This document shows positions 45,552 through 54,357 of a stretch of 56,748 nt of DNA, piece after piece; positions within the stretch are counted from its first letter, which is position 1, and the number at the start of each line of letters is the position of its first letter. This stretch comes from Thermoplasmatales archaeon SW_10_69_26 (GTDB lineage Archaea > Thermoplasmatota > SW-10-69-26). The stretch is from the NCBI GenBank assembly GCA_003009755.1, contig PXUB01000041.1:1-56748 (forward strand), written 5' to 3'. The notes under the pieces are model-generated. The model saw nothing but the letters and a program-made list of their open reading frames with translations, made no database searches and was not told the DNA's origin. The position numbers were made by a program, and so were the translations under genes.

Positions 45552-46382
45552 TCAGCCTTCGAGCTCGTCGGAGACGTCGTCGACGAGGTCCTCGTCGACC
45601 TCTTCCGCCTCGTCTTCGTTCTCGGCGGCCTCTTCGGTCTCCTCGCCCTCGTCGGTCTCCTCGGCTTCCTCGGGCTCTTCGGCCGGTTCGTCCTCGTCGA
45701 CGTCCTCGGCCTCGTCGGCCTCTTCGGTTTCCTCGTCTTCCTCGTCCTCGGGCGGGGCGAAGACGTCGAGGGTCTCGGTGGCGTCCTCGGGCTCGCTGAC
45801 GACCTCGCTCTTGCGGACCTCCACCCGCTTGAGCGGCAGGATCAGGCGCGCCTGCTCGTAGATCTCCTTGGCGACGTCACCCTCGAGCACGTTGAGCACG
45901 AGGTCGCTGAAGTCCGTGTTGGATGCCTCCTCGCAGACCTCGCGAGCCCGCTTGCGGATCTCCTTCCGTTGGGCTTCCTGGGTGCGGCGCTCGGAGACGA
46001 TCATCGGCTTGAGGCGGACGGTGAAGCCGTCCGACGTGGTGACGTCGTGGACGACGTCGATCTTGGAGTGGCTTCGTCGGACCAGCCGTCGCACGTAGTC
46101 GGAGGTCAGGTCGTGCCCGTCGAAGGTGGTGACGGCGTCGGTGCCGCGCGTGCCACGGATCCGGAAGTAGCATTTGACGTGCTGCTTCGAGAAGTCCCCC
46201 GTGACGTCCTGGAGCGTGGCCTCAGCCACCCGGTCCTCGAGCTTCTCCTCCTCGTCGGCGAGGGTTTCCCCGATCTCGGCATCGTTGAAGATCGCGGGAG
46301 CTCGGATGGTGTACCACTGCTTCTCCTGCCATTTATCCGCCGACGTTCGGGCAGCCTGGCGGGCAGATCGCTTCTTCGCCAT
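45552..46382 (-). CDS. rps3ae: 30S ribosomal protein S3Ae (eS1) with a long acidic C-terminal tail
   Basis: DKW..K.WY.I.AP..F....IGET, R..E.TL.D.TGD, F.GH.LT.DY.R.LVRR..SKID, I.PL.RVEVRKS. Confidence 0.95.
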   Translation of the reverse strand: MAKKRSARQAARTSADKWQEKQWYTIRAPAIFNDAEIGETLADEEEKLEDRVAEATLQDVTGDFSKQHVKCYFRIRGTRGTDAVTTFDGHDLTSDYVRRLVRRSHSKIDVVHDVTTSDGFTVRLKPMIVSERRTQEAQRKEIRKRAREVCEEASNTDFSDLVLNVLEGDVAKEIYEQARLILPLKRVEVRKSEVVSEPEDATETLDVFAPPEDEEDEETEEADEAEDVDEDEPAEEPEEAEETDEGEETEEAAENEDEAEEVDEDLVDDVSDELEG

Positions 46383-46564
46383 GGGGAACACTTCCTCGAA
46401 GTTGGTCGGCCTACAGACGACCGCCTATGTCAAAGCGACCGATGGCCGCAGGCCGGTGCACTCGAACCCGGCATATCAATGTTCGGGGCCTGGACGGGCG
46501 TGCGCGGTTGGCGACGGACTCGGCCGCGTGAAGGCTTTTCACCCCCGACGGAGGTCGCCGGGGT

Positions 46565-49006
46565 ATGGAGGCTGCATCCTCGTCCACGCTGGCGGCGGCG
46601 TTGGCGTTGCTCATGGTGGCCGTCCCCCTCGCCAACGCGACGGCCGCGAACGCCGACCCCACGGGAACCGCGCTCGACGCCACGGAACCGACGTTCGTCT
46701 CCGAACCGTTGCCCCGCGGGGACGTGGAGCCCACCGGCGAGGTCACGTTCACCCCGCCGGCGCCGATCGCCGTCGACGGCTCACTCCACGACTGGCAGGG
46801 CCAAGCCACCCGGTTGGGCGGGACCACGGTGCTCGACGCCGGCGAGCTCGTCTACCAGGGGTTCGCCTTCGACGACCACGGCGCCGACGACGGCAAGGAC
46901 GCCGAGCGCCTCGAGACGCTGGGCCCCGCCTACGAGGCCAACCGGCGCACCGAGCGTATCGAAGCCCTCGCCCAGGCCGCCGACGAGCAGTTCGGCGCCC
47001 CCGATCCGACCGACGGCGTGCTCGTCAGCCCCGCACACTACGGCAACGCCGATCTACCGGGGGACCGCCAAGGCCACGCCGACCTGCTCGAGACCCGCCT
47101 GACCGCCCGCGAGGAGACCGCCTACATCGCCGCCCGCACCGCCAGCATGACCGACCCCGGCGCGCTCGCGCTGCTCGTGCTCGCCGACACCGAGCCCGGC
47201 CCGACCGACGAGGCCCGCGCGGTCCCCTTCGACAGCGGGATCACCACCACGGAGGCCGACCGAGCCCTCCTCGTCACGGCCGAGGGCGTCTGGCAGGCCG
47301 ACCTCGCCGAGGGCACGACCCAGCCGCTCGCCAGCGTCGACGTCGCCGTCGACGCGTCGGGGTACGCCAACGCGATCGAGGCCGCCCTCCCGCTCCAGGC
47401 GATCGCTGCCGACGCCGACGGTGAAAGCGAGCTCGCCCTCGCGGTCGGAGCCGGCCTCCACGCCGGCGACGGGACGCTGGTCGACGTCGCCACCGGCGAG
47501 GCCGAAGCCAACGTCGTGGACGTCGCCTTCCGCCACGAGGACCACGTCTCCAACTGGATGGACCGCGACCAGGCGCTCAGCCTGCTCGAAGGCGACATGG
47601 ACACCTTCGCCCGCGTCCCCGTCCAGGACCTCCAGACCGGCAAGTCTCTGGCCTGGCAACCGACGCCCGGCTACCACGAACGCCTGTTCGAGAGCTCGAC
47701 CAACATCTCGCAGGAGTCCGACCGTGAGGGGCTGGTCCAGCACTACGGCCTGTACCTGCCCAGCGACTGGGAGCCCGGAGAGGAGCACCCGTTGACGTTC
47801 TGGCTGCACTGGCGGGGCGGCACCGCGCACCAGGCGGCCGCGTGGACGCCGCGCGCGGTCGAGCAGCTCGGCGAGGAGCGCGAGCCCTCGAACGTCGTCG
47901 TCAGTCCCCGCGGGCGCGGCACGTCCACTTGGTACGCCGGCGCCGGCCACCTCGACGTGCTGCAGGTCTACGAGGACGTGCACGAGACGCTGGCGATCGA
48001 CGAGGACCGACGCTACCTGTCCGGGTACTCGATGGGCGGCTACGGCTCCTACCTCTTCGGCCTGCTGTACCCCGACCAGTTCGCCGCCGCCTACCCGATC
48101 AGCGGCGCGATGACGATCGGCCTCTGGGCGGGCATCACGGAGTACGGGACCGACACGCAGGGCGCCAACGGCGGCGACGGCAACCTCGAGAACACCCACC
48201 GCCTCGTCGAGAACGCCCGCAACCTCCCCTACGTCATCCACCACGGGACCAACGACGAGCTCGTGCCCGTCACCGGCGTCCAGCGCATGGCGGCGACGTT
48301 CGCCGACCACGGCTACGAGTACCGCTTCTACCGCTTCCCCGGCTACGAGCACTTCACGCAAGCCATCGTCGACCAGTGGACCGAGGGCGCCGACTACCTC
48401 GACCGGCACGTCCGGGACCAGACCCCGCCCGAGGTGACGTACAAGCGCGTGCCCGCGCTCGAGACCGCGATCGAGACGCTCAACCAGCGCGAGGCCGACA
48501 TCGACCTCGACACCGACGGCGCCTACTGGGTCGACGACGTCCAGCTGCGAGCGGTCGACACCACCGATCCGACCGTGCACGGCCAGGTCGACGCCCGCAG
48601 CCACGCGATCCCCAACCGCGCGGTGACCACGCCCGAAGCCGGCGCCGCCAGCCCCTCTCACGACACGCCCTACGTCATGGACGGACTAGCGCACACGCCG
48701 GCCCCCTGCGAGACCGACGTCGTCTGCCCGCTCGTCGATCCCGTCGCCAACCGGCTCACCGTCGACCTCGCCAACGTGGCCTCCGCCAGCGTGCACGCCG
48801 AGGACGCCCGGTTGGACACAACTGATACCCCGCTCGCGGTCGAGCTCGCGACCGACGGGTCGGCCACGCTCACGCTCGCCGGCGACTGGACCTGCACGGA
48901 CGGGCAACACGACAGCCCCGCGAACGTCGCGCTCACCGTGGAGCCCGACGCTGTCACGATCGACGCCACGCAGGCCGGCAGCTACACGGTGCACGTCTGC
49001 GTCTAA
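46565..49006 (+). CDS. Secreted alpha/beta-hydrolase (prolyl oligopeptidase/esterase-like) with an N-terminal DOMON-like sugar-binding region
   Basis: Signal peptide; Y.LYLP, F.LH, ID.DRRYLSGYSMGGYG nucleophile elbow, HG.NDELVP, YEH. Confidence 0.8.
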   Translation: MEAASSSTLAAALALLMVAVPLANATAANADPTGTALDATEPTFVSEPLPRGDVEPTGEVTFTPPAPIAVDGSLHDWQGQATRLGGTTVLDAGELVYQGFAFDDHGADDGKDAERLETLGPAYEANRRTERIEALAQAADEQFGAPDPTDGVLVSPAHYGNADLPGDRQGHADLLETRLTAREETAYIAARTASMTDPGALALLVLADTEPGPTDEARAVPFDSGITTTEADRALLVTAEGVWQADLAEGTTQPLASVDVAVDASGYANAIEAALPLQAIAADADGESELALAVGAGLHAGDGTLVDVATGEAEANVVDVAFRHEDHVSNWMDRDQALSLLEGDMDTFARVPVQDLQTGKSLAWQPTPGYHERLFESSTNISQESDREGLVQHYGLYLPSDWEPGEEHPLTFWLHWRGGTAHQAAAWTPRAVEQLGEEREPSNVVVSPRGRGTSTWYAGAGHLDVLQVYEDVHETLAIDEDRRYLSGYSMGGYGSYLFGLLYPDQFAAAYPISGAMTIGLWAGITEYGTDTQGANGGDGNLENTHRLVENARNLPYVIHHGTNDELVPVTGVQRMAATFADHGYEYRFYRFPGYEHFTQAIVDQWTEGADYLDRHVRDQTPPEVTYKRVPALETAIETLNQREADIDLDTDGAYWVDDVQLRAVDTTDPTVHGQVDARSHAIPNRAVTTPEAGAASPSHDTPYVMDGLAHTPAPCETDVVCPLVDPVANRLTVDLANVASASVHAEDARLDTTDTPLAVELATDGSATLTLAGDWTCTDGQHDSPANVALTVEPDAVTIDATQAGSYTVHVCV

Positions 49007-49165
49007 CCATCACGCTGCCGTGGCCATCGCGACGATCCAACAGCGCCCAAGGTTGACGGCGCTGGGCCCTGGGTCGCTGCCGAGGGGGGGGTTGAGTTGG
49101 TACCGCAGACGTTTGTCGTCCCCCTCGGCAGGCGGAGAGGGCCCTCGAGAGACAGGGCTGCCGGG

Positions 49166-49432
49166 TTACTCGTCTGCGGTCGGGTCGTCGAAACGGTCGG
49201 CATGCATGGCGAGCCCGGCCACGAGGCCGAGCGCGACCAGCGATGGCGGGAGGCTCCAGTGGATCGGCGCGCCGGCGATGTCGAGGCTGACGAGGCCGAG
49301 CGCGAGCGCGCCGAGCCAGCGGACGGGCGCGACGTTCAGGCCGATCTGGCCCAACCACGCCACGAGGGCGATCGCCACCCAGGCCAGCAGCCCGGCGGCG
49401 AGCGCCCCGCCGATGACCGCACAGCTGCTCAT
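49166..49432 (-). CDS. Small membrane protein (similar to the second half of haloarchaeal DUF5794-type proteins)
   Basis: 88 aa, three TM segments; VRWLGALALGLV.LDIA resembles IRYFGALALGVV.VEIA in the upstream ORF; ATGA overlap. Confidence 0.55.
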   Translation of the reverse strand: MSSCAVIGGALAAGLLAWVAIALVAWLGQIGLNVAPVRWLGALALGLVSLDIAGAPIHWSLPPSLVALGLVAGLAMHADRFDDPTADE

Positions 49433-49956
49433 AGCAGGATCTCCACCAGGATGCCCACCGCGACGAGCGCACCCGGCAAGGGCACGCCGTGCGGGAGGGT
49501 GAGCGATCGCTTGCTGGCGATCTCGACGGCGACCACACCCAGCGCGAGCGCACCGAAGTAGCGGATGTGCTCGATCGTGGCGACCTGCGCGAACGCGACC
49601 CCCAGGCCGGCGGCGGCCACGTTCGCCAGGATCGACAGCACCGCGGTCGCGGTGAACACCCGACGGTCGTGGGCCTGGGCGAAACTAACCTCGTCGAGCG
49701 CGGTCACGAAGGCGCCGACGCCAGCCACGACCGTCAACGCGACCGTGACGACGACGCCCGGGGAAGCCAGCAGCCCTTCGGCGGCCAGCATCGAGACCTG
49801 CCCCGTGGCGGCGCCGAGGGTGGTCATCAGGAACAGTCGCGAGGACACCGCTTTCCGGGCCAGCGTTCCCATCCGGTCGACGGTGGGGAAGCTGGGGGCG
49901 GCATCTTGGCGATCGTCGCGACGTACCTGAGGCTGGCTGGTCTGTTCCGTTTGCAT
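49429..49956 (-). CDS. Membrane protein (similar to the first half of DUF5794-type proteins)
   Basis: Multiple TM segments. Family resemblance is from recall only. Confidence 0.55.
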   Translation of the reverse strand: MQTEQTSQPQVRRDDRQDAAPSFPTVDRMGTLARKAVSSRLFLMTTLGAATGQVSMLAAEGLLASPGVVVTVALTVVAGVGAFVTALDEVSFAQAHDRRVFTATAVLSILANVAAAGLGVAFAQVATIEHIRYFGALALGVVAVEIASKRSLTLPHGVPLPGALVAVGILVEILL

Positions 49957-50198
49957 CGGGGTCACCTGGGGACCGCGGGCCGAACCCGCGAACCTACGAG
50001 GCGACCCCGTCCGATCGTCCAACGGACGGGGCTCCTCGCGTACCGAAGAAGGGCATCGTGTCAACCCCGTGGCTGCCTTTCACGGAGCGAAGGGCAGCAC
50101 AGGCGGTCGACAGGGCTGACACAGCCGAACAGACGACGGAAGCGAACTTAACGTTTGCTGTTGCCTCCAAGGACGGCCAGGAGCGTCGATGCCTTCTT

Positions 50199-50502
50199 GA
50201 CCGCACCAGCGACTACGGGCCCCAGTGCACGGAGGACACCGGCGGGTTCTCCCTCGAGACGTCTTTCACCCACAGTTGGCAGGAGGCCTGCGAGGGCGAC
50301 ACGATCGTGACCGGCTACACCTTCGAGGTCGGCAACGCGGCCGGCGCGCTCGGCGGCGGTGACATCTTCCCCGGTCTTCGAGCCGCAGGACTCCCCCTTC
50401 GACTTCGGTGACGGCACCCACACCTGAATCGACTCCGATCCCTTCGACAACGACACCGACCGCAACTCCGACGAGTCCAGCGCCCCGCCCACGGGCGAGT
50501 GA
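50199..50502 (+). pseudogene. Truncated, frameshifted paralog of the 3' end of the 51888-54290 surface-protein gene
   Basis: R.SDYGPQC.EDTGGFSLE.SFTH...GDTIVTGYTFE...SSAPPTGE*; +1 frameshift near 50373 and TGA in place of TGG near 50425; also retains a similar pyrimidine terminator tract. Confidence 0.9.
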
Positions 50503-50621
50503 CCGCGGGCCAACCCTAGAGGGCTTTTCCCTCTTCCTCTTCTTTTGGTTATAGCATTCGGCTTAGATAAACGAATAACTTATTTAGGTGAGAGTTGTCA
50601 TTCTGATTCGGAGGTCGAACC

Positions 50622-50858
50622 ATAAACGCGAAGTCGATACTTGCCACGGCTGGACTGAGCCTGATCATCCTCGGTTTCTTCGCAGGCTCTGCGACAGCAG
50701 CTGAATCAGGAACCTTTGAGGCGGGAGATGGCTCAGAACAATTGACGGTTGCGACATGCGCTGCTGGAGACGAGCTTTGCGGTTGTGTTTCCACCTCTTG
50801 GGCTTGTGGTGAGAACTCGTGCCTTGCCGCAATTTTCGGTCAGGGGTTCGCTTGTTAG
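50622..50858 (+). CDS. Small secreted six-cysteine peptide (microhalocin/defensin-like candidate); start codon reads ATA
   Basis: Not in ORF track. (I/M)NAKSILATAGLSLIILGFFAGSATA-AESGTFEAGDGSEQLTVATCAAGDELCGCVSTSWACGENSCLAAIFGQGFAC*. GGAGGT RBS 6 nt upstream; AT-rich promoter-like region 50550-50590. Confidence 0.6.
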   Translation: MNAKSILATAGLSLIILGFFAGSATAAESGTFEAGDGSEQLTVATCAAGDELCGCVSTSWACGENSCLAAIFGQGFAC

Positions 50859-50929
50859 GGGTCTGAGGGATACAATAACCTGACTTCTATCTGCGCGGAA
50901 CCTTGCCTATCATCCTAAAACGTGCATTA

Positions 50930-51748
50930 CCTTGTCAGGTCCCCCTTCCCACCGCTGGCATGTTCAGCGGGTGGACGGGGCCTGGTTGAACAGCCACGCG
51001 AACCCTTCCGCCCACGCCTGCCCCTCCTCAGCGGAGGTGTTCACCGGCCAGTGTCTGCGGAACGGGCCGATGCGGTCCTTGAGCAACCCGATCCAGGTTT
51101 CCACGGTGTTGCGGACACCGCCGCTGGTTACCTGCCAGTCCAGGCTCAGCGCGGTCAACGGCCAAGGATACCATACGCCGCGGTCCACATGGATACCGGC
51201 CGGTTGTCGCACCGGGCCGACACGCCCTTCACGAAGCCCATCGCCTCCACGCTGCTGCGGCCCGGACTGGCCTCGACATGGACGAGTTGCTCGATATCAG
51301 GGTCGATGGCAGCCGAGAGGAACAGCTCGGTGAGGTGATCGCCCGCGTCCTTGTCGCACTTCTCCGACCATTCGGACCGGGGTTGCTCGATGTGGAGGCT
51401 GGGTTCGTCGATGACGAGGCGTTCGTGGCGTTGGATGGATCGCTGGCGGAACAAGGGACTCGCGCGGCGGTACCAAGCGCTGATCGGGTTGTGCGTGACC
51501 GGTTCAGCAAGCAGCGACACGAGTTGGCTGGTTCTCCGGCAACTGCGGCTCGCGTGGTGCAGCAAAGGCCTAGCGCGCGGGTTTCGGGTTGCTTGCGGTC
51601 GCGGTCGAAAAGGTCTTCTTGGGTGAGGCGCTGGGTGAGCTTGCCGAGCAGTGCGTCGTTTCGGTGGAACTTAACGGGCCCTGCTCGGCGTTCTTCCTCG
51701 TTGTTGTGGTTCGTGTTCGGTTGGAGGCCGCGCTTAACTAGACAGCCC
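50930..51748 (-). mobile_element. Degenerate IS6-family insertion sequence (frameshifted DDE transposase)
   Basis: Fragments in three frames: F.RDR...E.RALG; S.RRT......TH..IS.W, VIDE, AAID; VDRG.WY.W.L, RN.VE.W..LLK.R...F. End GGGCTGTCTAGTT (51748-51736) resembles haloarchaeal IS6 TIRs; the other end is degenerate. Confidence 0.8.
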
Positions 51749-51887
51749 GGCCTCAACGGACGACCAAGGGTTGAAACGTCGATGTCCGAATCCCGCCACC
51801 ACGAACCGTTGGGAGGTCACCCAGTCCAGAGCTTCGATCTGTGAGGCTCGGGGCTGGGCGAGCCCGATACGGTTGCGGAGGCATACC

Positions 51888-54290
51888 ATGGGACGCCAAC
51901 GTCTTGCCATCATCATCGCGTTCGTCACGATCGTGGGCGGGATCCCCGCCGTCGGAGCTGAACACCTGAGCGTCGGGTACGAGGACGCGCCCGGCGTCGC
52001 TCCCGACGAGGCTCCGGAGGACAAGTCGGTGGACGCCGACGCCTACGACCGGGGGACCAAGACCGAGTGCTTCGCGTCGAACGGCTCCTCGGCCGACGAG
52101 ATCCAGGAGTCCCGCGACGCCGACCCCTTCTGCGGGGAGCTCCGCTACCAGGACGATAACGAGCTCGCCCAGGAGAGCCCGAAGGATCAGACGTTCCTCT
52201 CGGACGAGATCGGGACCTTCGACGTGCGCGCAACGCGAAGCTACATGCTCGCGCACGAGGCTCGCCTTATCCACCAGGACGAGCAAGTGGGCGCCTGCCA
52301 GCCCTTCTGCGAGGACAACCTGGCCGGGCAGCTCGCCTGGGAAGCCGTCCACACGGCCGGCTCCGAGGCTGGTCTCACGGACAACGCTGGTGATGCGGAC
52401 GACAAGGAGCGCGAGGACCGCCTGCAGATCTACGGCGCCGACATCCACACGCCGACGGCCCGGTACGCGCTGCAGGAGGCCGGCACGCACGAGATGGACG
52501 GCTGGTTGATCCCGGGCACCACGCGCTCCTTCGTCGCCTTCCTCGAGGACGGTGAGGGCGACCCGATCGGCGAAGACCGGCTCTCGACGATGGTCGGGGA
52601 TGCCGACCTTCCGCAGGGCGCGATCCCCAGCATCTGTGGCTGGACCCCGGGTCGTGACTTCGGCGGCACAGGCGACGCCGCCACCTGCGAGGTCGAGTTC
52701 GAGTTCGAGGGCAACCGGGAGCAACGCAGCGACTTCAAGGGCGGCTACAACGACAAGTGTGCCTCTGCAGGGTACGTGTGCGGGGCCAGTGCCGGCGGCG
52801 CCTGGTACGCCAACTTCGACCTTCTTGCGCCGTTCGCCACAACGGACTATGTCAAATGGCACTGGGTCGTTGCTCCGACGCTACCTGAGTGCGGGGTGCA
52901 GGAGCCTGGCTTCCAAACGGAGACCGACACCCAGCAGCCGTTCTTGGCCCACGATGTCGACGTGTACACGCCCGCGACGGCGCTGGCCAACTCCGAGGAC
53001 GCCCGCAACTCCCCGGTCGTCGCCGACACGGCCCTGGAGGTCGGCACTACGCAGGCTGAGGAGGTGCTCGAAGACGGGATCGACGCGCTTCCGGACACGC
53101 CCGTGGACGACCCGCTCCCCGAGGACACCCCGGCCGACGAGGTCTCGACGTCGGCCTTCCTCAAGGGTGACCGCGTCGAGCCCAACGCAGCGCCCGATGC
53201 GAATCCACTCGAGGACACGAGCCAGAGCCTGCTCCCCGACGAGGACCTGACTCGATCGGTCGACGACCCCTGCGAACAGCTGCAGGGCTCCGAGACCGAG
53301 GACACGATCGACCCCTGGGTCGACCTCATCGACGGTGAAACGGTCGAAGAGGCGACGACTGGCGTCCAGGAGCTCGCCGAAACAGAGACCGGCGTGTCAT
53401 CCCAAACACCCGGGCTCTACGGCGATGAAGCTCCGAGCCACGACGATGACAACCATCCCGGCCCGGAGATCTACCACACCTCGGGCAACGTCGGCATGTT
53501 CACCGACAAGGACGACGACGGGGCCTACGACACGCTCCCCGGCGACACCGTCACCTTCAGCGGCTCGAAGCTGGATTCGGCCCAGATCGAGGAGGTCGGC
53601 GCCTACCCGATGATCTGGGACGTTCGCGTCCAGGAGACACAGGACGGGTTCGAGCTCGACGAGGGCGCCTCCGGTTGCCAGGTCAACGGTATCCCGCTGA
53701 CGAAGGGTGCCGCCCAGGCCGGCTACGGCGGGGAGACGGGCCTGTTCCAGGCCGTCTACCTGCAGGAGCCGACCGTCGTCTTGGACGACGCCTCTGGCGA
53801 GGCGACCCCTTACGTTGAGGGCAACAACATCTACCTCTTCCTCAGCAACAGCGCCCGCACGATGTACGACTCGGACACCGACACGGAGCTCGACGGCCAG
53901 ATCGACTCGGTGCTCGCCGAGCTTTCCGCGTACGCGAAGGGCCAGGTCGGCACCGCGCCTGATGTCGTCAGACCCGGCGACGAATTCGGCCGCTCCTCGG
54001 ACTACGGCCCGCAGTGCATCGAGGACACTGGCGGCTTCTCGCTGGAGCTGTCCTTCACGCACACCTGCCAGGTCGACTGCTCCGGGGACACGATCGTGAC
54101 CGGCTACACCTTCGAGGCCGACCGCCCTGAGGGCACGATCGGCGGCGGTGACCTCTTGCCCGTCTTCGAGCCGCAGAACGAGGGCTACGACTTCGGTGAA
54201 GGCACCCACACCTGGATCGACGTCGATCCCTTCGACAACGACTCCGACCGCAACGCCGACGGGTCCAGCGCCCCGCCCACGGGCGAGTAG
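51888..54290 (+). CDS. Secreted acidic, cysteine-containing hypothetical surface protein (800 aa)
   Basis: GGAGG RBS; signal MGRQRLAIIIAFVTIVGGIPAVGA; D/E-rich with paired Cys; no family recognised. Confidence 0.8.
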   Translation: MGRQRLAIIIAFVTIVGGIPAVGAEHLSVGYEDAPGVAPDEAPEDKSVDADAYDRGTKTECFASNGSSADEIQESRDADPFCGELRYQDDNELAQESPKDQTFLSDEIGTFDVRATRSYMLAHEARLIHQDEQVGACQPFCEDNLAGQLAWEAVHTAGSEAGLTDNAGDADDKEREDRLQIYGADIHTPTARYALQEAGTHEMDGWLIPGTTRSFVAFLEDGEGDPIGEDRLSTMVGDADLPQGAIPSICGWTPGRDFGGTGDAATCEVEFEFEGNREQRSDFKGGYNDKCASAGYVCGASAGGAWYANFDLLAPFATTDYVKWHWVVAPTLPECGVQEPGFQTETDTQQPFLAHDVDVYTPATALANSEDARNSPVVADTALEVGTTQAEEVLEDGIDALPDTPVDDPLPEDTPADEVSTSAFLKGDRVEPNAAPDANPLEDTSQSLLPDEDLTRSVDDPCEQLQGSETEDTIDPWVDLIDGETVEEATTGVQELAETETGVSSQTPGLYGDEAPSHDDDNHPGPEIYHTSGNVGMFTDKDDDGAYDTLPGDTVTFSGSKLDSAQIEEVGAYPMIWDVRVQETQDGFELDEGASGCQVNGIPLTKGAAQAGYGGETGLFQAVYLQEPTVVLDDASGEATPYVEGNNIYLFLSNSARTMYDSDTDTELDGQIDSVLAELSAYAKGQVGTAPDVVRPGDEFGRSSDYGPQCIEDTGGFSLELSFTHTCQVDCSGDTIVTGYTFEADRPEGTIGGGDLLPVFEPQNEGYDFGEGTHTWIDVDPFDNDSDRNADGSSAPPTGE

Positions 54291-54308
54291 GTCCGAGCCA
54301 CCCACCTA

Positions 54309-54347
54309 GGGGCCCCGAGGGCCCCCTTTCCCTCCTCCTATCTTTTT
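54309..54347 (+). terminator. Hairpin plus pyrimidine/T tract
   Basis: GGGGCCC-CGA-GGGCCCC then CTTTCCCTCCTCCTATCTTTTT. Confidence 0.55.
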
Positions 54348-54357
54348 ATCCTACGAG

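Noticed and set aside
45552-45790. Low-complexity repeat at the 3' end of rps3ae
   Set aside because: It encodes an acidic tail, common in halophile ribosomal proteins.
50549-50794. Minus-strand 81-aa ORF in the track
   Set aside because: It is antisense to the plus-strand frame that has an RBS, signal peptide and Cys pattern.
50199-54290. Diversity-generating retroelement TR/VR pair (50199-50502 vs about 53988-54290)
   Set aside because: Differences are not adenine-specific, are largely synonymous, and include a frameshift; there is no reverse transcriptase in the window.
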